A stretch of DNA of 32,000 nt, from NCBI RefSeq assembly GCF_008065095.1, contig NZ_CP042911.1:5910001-5942000 (forward strand), read 5' to 3'. Positions 1 through 8,012 of this stretch are shown here, in pieces. This DNA comes from Gemmata obscuriglobus. Its GTDB lineage: Bacteria > Planctomycetota > Planctomycetia > Gemmatales > Gemmataceae. A model generated the notes under the pieces. That model ran no database searches and was not told the origin of the DNA. It saw nothing but the letters and a program-made list of their open reading frames with translations. Every line of letters begins with the position of its first letter. Positions within the stretch are counted from its first letter, which is position 1. Position numbers and translations under genes: made by a program.

Positions 1-1806
1 GCGAGCGAGCGCATCTGGGGGCGAGCCCCGACGGCCGACAGCGTCGACGGCTATCGCGAGTACGTCGGGTACTGGCCCGACACCGGGCGGCGCATCGAGC
101 CGCACGAGTGGCCGATGTCCCGCGCGGTCCTGAACGGGCTTACGGCGACCGCCGTCGGGGTGACCATCGAGCGGGCCGGGGACCGAACGCGACGCCGGCT
201 GGAGCTGTCCGCCGCGCCCGTGATCGGGGACGCCGGGGAGCGGCTCGGGGGCGTGGTCGCGTGCCTGGATGTGACGGAGCGGGTTGCAGCCGAGACGCTG
301 CTGACGTCGGTGCTCGACAACGTCCTCGACGCGGTCATCGGGATCGACGAGGGCGGAACGGTTCGGTCGTTCAACCGCGCGGCCGAGCGCATCTTCGGGT
401 TCACCGCGGCCGAGGTGCTCGGGCGCAACGTGAACACGCTGATGCCGGAACCGGACCGGTCCCGGCACGACGGGTACCTGGCCAACTACTTGACGACCGG
501 GAGCGCGAAGGTGATCGGGGCCGGGCGCGAGGTGGTGGCCCGGCGGAAGAACGGGGAGACGTTCCCGGCGGACCTGGCGGTGAGCGCGTTCTGGCTCGAC
601 GACCACCGGTACTTCACTGGGGTGGTGCGGGACATCTCGGAGCGGCGGCAGCTCGAGGACCAGTACCGCCACGCACAGAAGATGGAGGCCGTGGGGCGGC
701 TCGCCGGGGGCATCGCGCACGACTTCAACAACCTGCTCACCGTCATCAACGGGTACAGTAAAATTGTGCTCGACGAGATGCCGGACGGTGACCCGCACCG
801 CGAGTCGGTCGGGATGGTCCGGGACGCCGGGAAGCGGGCCGCGGTGCTGACGCGGCAGCTCCTGGCATTCAGCCGGAAGCAGGTGCTCCAGCCCACCACC
901 CTGAACCTGAACGACCTGCTCGACGGCATGAGCCGGATGCTCGCGCAGCTGATCGGGGCGGACGTGGACCTCACCGTACGCGGGGCCCCCGAGCCGTGGC
1001 CGGTCCGGGCGGACGCCGGCCAGGTCGAGCAAGTGGTCATGAACCTCGCGGTCAACGCGCGGGACGCCATGCCGACCGGCGGGCGGCTCACCATCGAGAC
1101 CGGGAACGTGACCCTCGATACCGGGTACACGGCCGCCCACCCCGAGGCCCGGCCAGGGGAATACGTGCGGCTGGCCGTGACCGACACCGGGTGTGGCATG
1201 GATGTGGTCACGAAGGCCCGCATCTTCGAGCCGTTCTTCACCACCAAGGGCGAGAACGGTACGGGGCTGGGGCTGGCCACCGTGTTCGGCATCGTCAAGC
1301 AGTCCGGCGGGCACGTCGAGGTGTACAGCGAGCTCGGCGTCGGGACCACGTTCAAGGTGTACCTGCCGCGCGACCGGTCCGACCCCTCGCCCGCCGATTC
1401 CGCGGGCGCACTCCGGGCGCCACCCACGCGCGGGAGCGAGACGGTCCTGCTGGCGGAGGACGAGGACGGGGTGCGGCGGCTGGCCAAGATGGTCCTGCAG
1501 CGGGCCGGATACACGGTGCTGGAGGCCCATCACGGCGGCGAGGCACTGCGCATTTGCGAGCAACACGAAGGGCCGATTCACCTTCTAGCGACCGACGTGG
1601 TGATGCCGAACATGGGCGGCCGGCAGGCGGCCGAGCGGCTGCGGGCCATGCGACCGGAGATGAAGGTGCTGTTCCTGTCGGGGTACACCGACGATACGGT
1701 CGTGCGGCATGGGGTGCTGGAGGCCGAGGTGGCGTTCCTTCAGAAGCCGTTCTCGCCCGACGCGCTGGCTCAAAAGGTCCGTGAGGTGCTGGACGCCGCC
1801 CGCTGA
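1..1806 (+). CDS. Hybrid sensor histidine kinase / response regulator (PAS - HisKA - HATPase_c - REC); 5' end lies outside the window
   Basis: Frame 1 is open from base 1, with no stop before the ATG at 115, so the gene is truncated by the window edge. Motifs seen: H-box IAHDFNNLLTVI, N-box NLAVNARDAM, G-boxes DTGCGMD and GTGLGLA. A receiver domain follows: VLLAEDEDGVR ... ATDVVMPNMGG ... KVLFLSGY ... LQKPF. Confidence 0.9.
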   Translation, partial: ASERIWGRAPTADSVDGYREYVGYWPDTGRRIEPHEWPMSRAVLNGLTATAVGVTIERAGDRTRRRLELSAAPVIGDAGERLGGVVACLDVTERVAAETLLTSVLDNVLDAVIGIDEGGTVRSFNRAAERIFGFTAAEVLGRNVNTLMPEPDRSRHDGYLANYLTTGSAKVIGAGREVVARRKNGETFPADLAVSAFWLDDHRYFTGVVRDISERRQLEDQYRHAQKMEAVGRLAGGIAHDFNNLLTVINGYSKIVLDEMPDGDPHRESVGMVRDAGKRAAVLTRQLLAFSRKQVLQPTTLNLNDLLDGMSRMLAQLIGADVDLTVRGAPEPWPVRADAGQVEQVVMNLAVNARDAMPTGGRLTIETGNVTLDTGYTAAHPEARPGEYVRLAVTDTGCGMDVVTKARIFEPFFTTKGENGTGLGLATVFGIVKQSGGHVEVYSELGVGTTFKVYLPRDRSDPSPADSAGALRAPPTRGSETVLLAEDEDGVRRLAKMVLQRAGYTVLEAHHGGEALRICEQHEGPIHLLATDVVMPNMGGRQAAERLRAMRPEMKVLFLSGYTDDTVVRHGVLEAEVAFLQKPFSPDALAQKVREVLDAAR

Positions 1807-1844
1807 TTTCGGCCCGGTGGCTCACATGGCTGCAGAGGCTCGAT

Positions 1845-2261
1845 TCAGCCCCGCTTCTTCTCCTCGACCTTCACCACCTCGATCTTCGTGATGATGGCCT
1901 CGCCATCGGGGGCGAAGTCACGCTCCGCAGCCTTGATCCATTCGAGCCGCGCCTGGATGACGAGGTTGTAGAGCCGGCTAAGGTTCCGGCCCGTGACAAC
2001 TACCTTGAAGCGCTCGTCGTGGCTGACGAAATCCACTTCGAAGCGGGTCGGCTCGAACACGCTGCGGACCCCGAGGTACGAGAACTGGAACGACTCCCAC
2101 GGCTTCGCCGCGTGGCGGATCGTGAGCGCGGTGATCCACTTGTTCTTCGCCAGGGCCGCGCAAGGGCCGAGGTCGTCGTCGAGCTCGGCCGGCTCCGGCG
2201 GTGGGGCTTCCGCCTCGGCCTTATTGGGTGAGAAGAGGTGCTGAAACTTGTTACCGGCCAT
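1845..2261 (-). CDS. Hypothetical protein (138 aa) directly downstream of the relaxase and overlapping it by 11 nt
   Basis: Intact ORF whose start overlaps the relaxase stop (2251..2261). No family recognised. The opposite-strand ORFs here look like shadow frames. Confidence 0.5.
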   Translation of the reverse strand: MAGNKFQHLFSPNKAEAEAPPPEPAELDDDLGPCAALAKNKWITALTIRHAAKPWESFQFSYLGVRSVFEPTRFEVDFVSHDERFKVVVTGRNLSRLYNLVIQARLEWIKAAERDFAPDGEAIITKIEVVKVEEKKRG

Positions 2262-4910
2262 TTCCTAGCTCCCGTTGTTTGTCGCGCTCGTGTGTAGCAG
2301 TGACGTGGCGCGTGCGCAAGGCCTGGAACGCTTCTCGGGCGCGTTTCAGGATGGCGTACATGCGGTTGCGGGGTAGTGGGTTGAAGAGCTCGGTCGCTGA
2401 TTTTCGCGTGTCGGCCTTTTGGATCGCCTCGCGCAACTCAGGTGTGGGGACATCGGTGAAGATTGTGGCCTTGTCCCGGCCTCTGCTTACCGACACGTAG
2501 AACTGCTCAGCGCTGATGGCGGGAAGGGATTCTTGCCCCATGGCGATGAGCACCTTGTCCACGGTCTTCCCCTGGCTCGCATGGCTGGTGGTCACGTAAC
2601 CGTGGGTTAGGTGCGCGAAGTCGGGGGCCAGGGTCCAGTCGTTGTTGAGGACGATCCCACCCTTCTCGTCAAAACCCTTCACCTCGTACAGGGTACCATT
2701 GTCGAGCTTGTGCTTCGTGTCTGCTGATTTGCCAGGGGCTGTGATGCGGATGCGGTCGCCGGCTGCGAGCTTGATCGTGTTCTTGCCGTAGACGGAGAAG
2801 GTGCTCGCGGGGCCGAGGCGCATGCCGGGCTTGAAGTCGGCGATGGCGACGCGCTGGCCGGCCTTCTGTGTGCCGCCGTTGCGGTGGTACTGAACAACCT
2901 CGGTGCCCTCGTAGCGGCTCAGGTCTCCTCGCTCGGCTTCCGTCCAGTGCAGGGGCACCAGGGTTTGGATCTCGTGTTCTTCCTTGGCGACGATGCCGCG
3001 TTCCTGAAGGCGAAGGCGGATCGCGTCCGTGACCTCGGCGGCCTCGGCGTGGGTCGGGGCGATGGCCAGGACCCGGTCGGTGATGTCCTGGTCGGCGCGT
3101 TTGGTATCGATGGCCTCCATGTACTCGTCGACGAGAGGGGTATTGCCGGTTGTACTCTTCACCCAGCCGAGGTCGTTGAGCGTGTCGTAACCAGCGAGCA
3201 TCTTGCCTTTGGAGAGAGCCGTAACGGCTTCCTTGTACCGGCCCTTCTGGCGGCGAATGTCTGTTAGCTGCGCCACGGGAAGGCCTGCGAACTGTTCCAG
3301 GACGCGCAGAGTGGTGCCGCGCTCGATACTGCCGTGCTGTTGCTTGTCGCCCTGGAGTACCACGCGGGCGTTGAGCTTTTCAGCCAGGTCGAACACCTGG
3401 CGTGTCTGGCGCATGCCGAGAAGCCCGGCCTCGTCCACCCAGATCACGCCGTTCTTGGCTTTGTGCTGGAACTCCTGGTCGATCAGGAAGCGCGCTACGG
3501 TGTCGGCATTGGTGAAGCCCTCCTTGCGGAGAACGCCACGAGAGGCATCGGCAGAAGGAGCGAGAACAACCACAGGACGGTCGATGCCCGCGAAGGTGGT
3601 TTTCATCGTGTGGGTCTTACCGGTGCCAGCAGCACCACGGATCAGGATGACACGGTCGGGAGAGTTCCAGACATGGCGGGCGATGGATGCCTGCTCAGGG
3701 GAGAGTTTGCTGGAGACATGAATGTCCTTGTCAAATCCCGCTTGCTGTTCGGGGGAGAGTGTGGCAGTGTCGGAAATGAAGCCCTGCCGGAGCGCAGGCA
3801 TCGGCCGCTTCGATTCGTCGGGGCGGCCTTTTTGTTGTTGATCGAGCACTGCAGGTATGGCAACATCAGCTCCAGTATGACCGGGGTCACCACGCCCCGG
3901 TCCTTGCATACCCACCATGATGCGGGTGTTGTTCGGGGATTCGTCAAGGCGGGTCGCTGCCCCCATTGGGCGACACGTTCCCTTCCCATCCCGTGCGAAT
4001 GCGATTACTCGGGACTCTTCTGCGAGCACGCCCCTTGTCGTGGCTTCTCCGTTTCTGACCAGCAAGCCCTGACGCTTTGCTTCTTGTTGCACCTCTTCAG
4101 GAGTTACCCAGCCGATGCCGTGGCGGATGGCGGTTTCGTAGAGGCGTTTCTCGTTTACTACGCTTTGGCGTTCAAACATGTGGCCGATGGCGAAAGCGAC
4201 GGCGGCTTCTGTGGTGGTTGCACGGCTCAATTTCCCTTCGAGGGATGCGAGCTGCTGCTTTTCCTGGGGTGCGAGGCGGCTGGAGTAGTAGGGCTGCAGA
4301 TCGTCAGCGAGTTCCTTGGACTTCTGAAGGCGGGTGGTCGCACCGAGTTTGGCGCGTGACTCGGGGTTGGTGATGCCGAGCTTCTTGGCCACCATGTCGA
4401 TGTACTGTTTTCTGCGGGAGAACTTGTCCCTGAGTTCCTGGGAGATGCCGGTGATCTCAAAGGACTTACCTCTTCGTTCAATGCCGTAGCCCAGGTCTTT
4501 TACGTTTGCGGCGAGTCGGTTGGCATAGATGGCCTCGTAGTACGGGGCGTCTTTCTTGAGCTGGCCGACCTCGGCGGCCTTCCACTTTCCTTCATCCGCA
4601 TCGTAGGTCGCATTGAATACAAAGCAGTGCTTATGCAAATTCATGTCCGGCATGCTGTCATCGGCATTGATGCGTGTATCTCGGTGAGTTACGGCGTAGG
4701 CGACCATGTTGCCCGTTACACGGTTCTCGTTCGCGCCACCAACACGCACTCTCGCCTGCATTTCACGTTCGATGTAACCCAGGGTAAAAGCAACGGCTTC
4801 ATCGTGAGCTGCTTCAATCCGAGGGTCGCCGCCATTGCCAGGTCCAGCAAGCTCTCGGGCGATGCTGACTGATTTCATCGCGTTGAAAGTCATGTCGATG
4901 CCGACACGTC
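2251..4910 (-). pseudogene. MOBF (TrwC/TraI-type) conjugative relaxase with C-terminal RecD-like helicase; 3' portion of an IS-split gene
   Basis: Motifs seen: DMTFNAMKSVS; THRDTRINADDSMPDMNLHKHCFVFN (HxD...HxH histidine triad); Walker A GAAGTGKT; VIWVDEAGLLG; TTSHASQGKTVDKVLI. The first ~40 codons of track ORF 2251..5031 are read-through into the IS end (4911 onward), not relaxase sequence. Confidence 0.9.
4903..4910. repeat. Target-site duplication GACACGTC (left copy) of the IS66-family insertion
   Basis: The identical 8-mer occurs at 6508..6515, directly abutting both IS termini. Confidence 0.9.
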
Positions 4911-6507
4911 GTAACCGTTCACGGGGTGCGGGCCGTGCATTTTCCAGGCCTTTGTGACTCGATTCTGCGCGGGGTTGCCTCAAGAGCCGGTGTTCCGTAA
5001 TCGAACGGACGCGATGACATCTGTTCCTCAACCGCCGGAGCTACCGAGTGACCTGCCGCCAGCGGTGGTGGCGTACATTCGTGCGCTGGAAGCGACGGTT
5101 GCGCAGTTGCAGGCCACGGTCGCGGCTCTCCAGGTCACGGTGGCCGACCTTCAGACCCGGCTCAACCAGAATTCCAGCAACTCGTCGAAACCGCCCTCGT
5201 CGGATGGTCCGCAGGTGAAGCCGGCCCCGCCCAAGAGTCCCTCGGGGAAGCGGCGCGGCGGTCAATCGGGGCACCCCAAGGCCGAGCGCACCGTGCTGCC
5301 GCCCGACACGGTCCACACCCTCAAACCGGACACCTGCCGCGGGTGTGCGTGCCCACTCACCGGGGACGACCCGAACCCGTCGATTCACCAGGTGCATGAG
5401 ATCCCGGTCGTCCGGCCGCAGGTGACCGAGTATCGGTGCCATCGGCTCCGGTGCCCGCACTGCGGCGCCGTGACGACCGCACCGGTGCCCGCCGACGCGG
5501 CTCCCGGGTACGGTCCCCGGGTCCAGGCGGTGGCCGCCATGCTCACCGGTTCGTGCCGCCTGGGCAAGCGGGTGGTGAGCCAACTGTTCGACGACCTGTT
5601 CGGGTTGCCCATCCGTCCGGCCACGGTGTGCAAACTCCAGCACACGACCGCGGCGGCTCTGGCCCCGGTGGCCGAAGCGGCTCTCGCGTACACCCGCGGG
5701 CACCCGGCGAACGTGGACGAAACGGGCTGGACGCAAGGGCGCCAGCGGGCCTGGTTGTGGGTCGCGGTGAGCACCTCGGTGGTCGCATTCCTGATCCGCG
5801 CCACCCGGGGCCGGAGCGCGTTCGACGACCTGCGGGACGGGTCCGCCCAGGTCCACACGACCGATCGGTATCCGGTGTACACGCATCTGCCGGTGCATCG
5901 GCGCCAGGTGTGCTGGGCGCACCTGCGGCGGGACTTCCAGGCGATGATCGATCGGGGCAACGACGGATCCCCGATCGGGGCCGCCCTGTTGGCCTGTTCC
6001 GACGAACTGTTCGGGCACTGGTTCCGGGTGCGGGACGGGACGTTAGCCCGGTCCACGTTCGCTCGCGTGTACGCCCGCGCCGTGCGGGCCCGGTTCCGCA
6101 CGCACCTGGGGCACGGGGGCCGGTGCGGGTGCCCCAAGACCGGGGCCGTGTGCCGCGAGCTGTTGGCGGTGGAGCCGGCCCTGTGGACGTTCGCACGCGT
6201 GGGCGGGGTGGAACCGACCAACAACGCGGCCGAGCGGGCCCTGCGTCACGCCGTGTGCTGGCGCAAGACCAGCTACGGCACCGACTCCGAACGCGGTAGC
6301 CGGTTCGTGGAGCGGATCCTCACGGTCCTGGCCTCGTGTCGCCGGCAGGGCCGCAACGTGCTCGCATTCCTCACCGACGCCGTCACCGCACACCGTACCG
6401 GGGCAAAGCCACCAACACTGATCCCGGTCCCGGCTCAACAACCACCGATGATGAACCCAACTTTCGCTGGCTGTTGAGATACACCCGCATCAACTGTGAA
6501 CGCTTAC
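4911..6507 (+). mobile_element. IS66-family insertion sequence, single-ORF (ISBst12-like) type, 1597 bp
   Basis: Termini are GTAACCGTTCACGG (4911..) and the reverse complement of 6494..6507, GTAAGCGTTCACAG (12/14 identical, GTAA start typical of IS66). It is flanked by an 8-bp direct repeat and contains one transposase ORF. Confidence 0.9.
5014..6477 (+). CDS. IS66-family transposase (alternative upstream ATG at 4954)
   Basis: N-terminal leucine-zipper-like repeat VAQLQATVAALQVTVADLQTRL. NSSNSSKPPSSDG hallmark. Cys-rich segment CRGCACPL...CHRLRCPHCG. Long DDE-type core (DETGW...TDRY...WAHLRRDF). Confidence 0.9.
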   Translation: MTSVPQPPELPSDLPPAVVAYIRALEATVAQLQATVAALQVTVADLQTRLNQNSSNSSKPPSSDGPQVKPAPPKSPSGKRRGGQSGHPKAERTVLPPDTVHTLKPDTCRGCACPLTGDDPNPSIHQVHEIPVVRPQVTEYRCHRLRCPHCGAVTTAPVPADAAPGYGPRVQAVAAMLTGSCRLGKRVVSQLFDDLFGLPIRPATVCKLQHTTAAALAPVAEAALAYTRGHPANVDETGWTQGRQRAWLWVAVSTSVVAFLIRATRGRSAFDDLRDGSAQVHTTDRYPVYTHLPVHRRQVCWAHLRRDFQAMIDRGNDGSPIGAALLACSDELFGHWFRVRDGTLARSTFARVYARAVRARFRTHLGHGGRCGCPKTGAVCRELLAVEPALWTFARVGGVEPTNNAAERALRHAVCWRKTSYGTDSERGSRFVERILTVLASCRRQGRNVLAFLTDAVTAHRTGAKPPTLIPVPAQQPPMMNPTFAGC

Positions 6508-6515
6508 GACACGTC
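6508..6515. repeat. Target-site duplication GACACGTC (right copy)
   Basis: Identical to 4903..4910. Confidence 0.9.
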
Positions 6516-6729
6516 GACCGTCGCGAGTGTAAGTTGTGAGTGACTCGCCCGTTTGCGGGTGCAGATTATCCGCGAGACGGTCGAAGTCCTCCGGTCTGGC
6601 GGGACCTGAAAGGCCAAGAAGTTCTGCGCCTTTGCCGAACCACTGCCCAGGGGTGGTCGCAAAGTAATCGGAGGTGCGGTAATAGGCCTTTGCCGCCGCG
6701 GCTGAAGTCATCCAATGGGTGCGGATCAT
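6508..6729 (-). pseudogene. 5' portion (74 codons) of the IS-split MOBF relaxase
   Basis: MIRTHWMTSAAAAKAYYRTSDYFATTPGQWFGKGAELLGLSGPARPEDF... is the TrwC-type N-terminus with both catalytic-Tyr positions (YY ... DYF). Joining 6729..6508 to 4902..2251 gives ...TRDGRRVGIDMTFNAMKSVS... in frame, 957 codons plus stop. Confidence 0.85.
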
Positions 6730-6780
6730 AGGCCACGTAGGTAGCAGGAGAATCGCTAGCGCGCAAGCGAGACACGCGAT

Positions 6781-7107
6781 TTACTCGATGGGTTCGACTT
6801 TCCAGAAAGCCTTCGGTGGTGCGGACGATGGTGAGGCGGTTTCCGAGTGGTGCTCACCCAGTGGGTGCGTTTTCTTCATGTAGGCGACAATTTGCTCGAA
6901 CTCTGCGATGGTGCCGTTTCGCTTCAGCATGTTACACCGGAAGCAAATGACTGCTACGTTTCCTGTGATGTACCCAAAGTCGTTGTGAATACGGTCTATC
7001 GACGGCGAGCGAGGAGTGCGGCAGCCCTTGAAATCCAACTCATTGCCGCAGCACGCACATGAACAGGGCACGGAGTCAGGGATCACGTCAAGATAATCGG
7101 CATGCAC
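6781..7107 (-). CDS. HNH-type nuclease domain protein; annotated start (GTG 7107) probably not the true N-terminus
   Basis: CSCACCGNEL ... SIDRIHNDFGYITGNVAVICFRCNMLKRNG is a CxxC + (D/H)...N...CxxCN..K HNH-like core. The same frame stays open upstream to a TAA at about 7192..7194 and encodes KRYSTNPHHRLRRLVGSAKYRSKVIGVE, which looks like genuine protein. Confidence 0.6.
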   Translation of the reverse strand: MHADYLDVIPDSVPCSCACCGNELDFKGCRTPRSPSIDRIHNDFGYITGNVAVICFRCNMLKRNGTIAEFEQIVAYMKKTHPLGEHHSETASPSSAPPKAFWKVEPIE

Positions 7108-7754
7108 CTCGACCCCAATAACCTTGGAGCGGTACTTGGCGCTGCCAACGAGCCGCCGCAGACGATGATGAGGGTTTGTTGAATATCGCTTTTACTCCAA
7201 CCCCGTTCTTTCTCTGAGAAATCCGGAGATTCTGCACGTTTCCGCCGGGCATTCGCGTTGAACTTTTCTTTGTTCTCTTGGCGATAAATTTTGACCGCAG
7301 CTTGCACGGCCTCTTTGTTCTGTTGGTAGTAGCGTCTCTGACCGGCCTTCCGCTTCTCCACGCGTGGGACAGCCAGGGATATGATCCGCTCGCGATTGGC
7401 GTGGTAGTACAACCTGGAATACTCCCTGCGCTCAGTTTTCTGCCTGTCGCGAGCCTCCTGTTCTGTCAGACGAACCAGGTTGCTGGGCCGGTTGTTTGTC
7501 CGCCAGCCGTCCTCGTGGATTACTTGAGTCAGGCCCGGGGGGCCTGCCACGAAGGCTTCGGCCACGAGCACATGCACGTTGCAGTGGGATCGGTTGTCGT
7601 TTTTCGAGAGGCTGACAGTCAAGTACCCCCTGCGGCGAAGAAGTTGCTGTATCATGATTCCGGCGACAAGACCGCGAATCCTGCCTGTGTTCGAGATCTC
7701 GTATAGGCCTTCATAGCCAACTACGGGCTTCCATTGTTCAATTAAAAGTGTCAT
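7083..7754 (-). CDS. NUMOD4 + HNH_3 homing-endonuclease-like protein (copy 1)
   Basis: WKPVVGYEGLYEISNTGRIR is a NUMOD4 motif. HCNVHVLVAEAFV...VIHEDGWRTNNRPSNL is an HNH_3-type core. The C-terminal part has YYxxN-rich repeats. ATG 7754 has the SD GGAGG 5 nt upstream; the track start at 7760 is a GTG. Confidence 0.8.
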   Translation of the reverse strand: MTLLIEQWKPVVGYEGLYEISNTGRIRGLVAGIMIQQLLRRRGYLTVSLSKNDNRSHCNVHVLVAEAFVAGPPGLTQVIHEDGWRTNNRPSNLVRLTEQEARDRQKTERREYSRLYYHANRERIISLAVPRVEKRKAGQRRYYQQNKEAVQAAVKIYRQENKEKFNANARRKRAESPDFSEKERGWSKSDIQQTLIIVCGGSLAAPSTAPRLLGSRCMPIILT

Positions 7755-7760
7755 ATTCAC

Positions 7761-7826
7761 CTCCTCACTTAGACACTGAGGAGATTATCCCGCTTCGTGC
7801 TTCGGCGCAAGCGGGGTTTTCTTTTG
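7761..7826 (-). promoter_or_regulatory. Conserved 5' leader of HNH copy 1: an upstream hairpin plus a hairpin that sequesters the SD
   Basis: Stem 7761..7767 (CTCCTCA) pairs with 7777..7783 (TGAGGAG), with a 9-nt loop. On the minus-strand RNA the 3' arm carries the SD. A second hairpin pairs 7789..7795 with 7809..7815 and is followed on the plus strand by TTTTCTTTTG. The segment GCGCAAG(C)GGGGTTTTCTTTTG recurs at 20495..20513. Confidence 0.5.
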
Positions 7827-7976
7827 TCGCCACCCATATCTGTTCTTCGAGCCGTCAAGGCCGAGCATCTCTGCACCCTTACCTAGCCACTCACCAGGGC
7901 TGGAGGCAAGGAGGTCAGTTTGCTCGAAGTATTTGATGGCGGCGGCAGCGCTGCGCATCCAATTCGTCCTGAGAAT
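7785..7976 (-). pseudogene. Vestigial, diverged second copy of a relaxase 5' end (about 42 homologous codons, then unrelated tail and stop)
   Basis: My own translation, as this frame is below the ORF-track size cutoff: ILRTNWMRSAAAAIKYFEQTDLLASSPGEWLGKGAEMLGLDG then SKNRYGWRQKKTPLAPKHEAG*. About 24/42 positions are identical to relaxase residues 1-42 at 6729..6604. ATT lies where the intact copy has ATG, with GGAGG 7 nt upstream; an internal ATG is at 7958. Confidence 0.6.
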
Positions 7977-8012
7977 AGAAGTGCCTCCCTGAAGTGATGC
8001 GGGATTGTATGC

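Noticed and set aside
486-1825. Long antisense or overlapping ORFs across the histidine-kinase gene (486..1514 -, 996..1784 +, 1352..1825 -). Similar ones occur elsewhere: 5041..6224 -, 18110..18922 -, 18622..19026 +, 22854..23771 -, 24440..25255 -, 26087..26941 -, 29361..29981 -, 30840..31856 +.
   Set aside because: These are typical shadow ORFs of high-G+C DNA. Their products are Arg/Pro/Gly/Ala-rich with no motifs, and each overlaps a frame with clear domain signatures.
7789-7826. The hairpin plus T-run was first read as the terminator of an upstream minus-strand gene. The same applies to 20478..20513 for the hydrolase gene.
   Set aside because: The T-run lies on the plus strand, so on the minus strand the hairpin is preceded by an A-run and followed by non-T-rich sequence. 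I therefore treat it as part of the conserved nuclease-gene leader rather than a sense terminator.
7990-8012. GGGATTGTATGCATG, just upstream of the vestigial relaxase start, reminded me of the ATTGT-containing nic core of MOBF oriT sites. A 6-bp inverted pair, CGCATC/GATGCG, lies at about 7946 and 7995.
   Set aside because: The match is short and recalled from memory, the inverted repeat is weak, and I cannot align it to real oriT sequences. The location is worth remembering as a likely oriT, but it is not supported as a feature.
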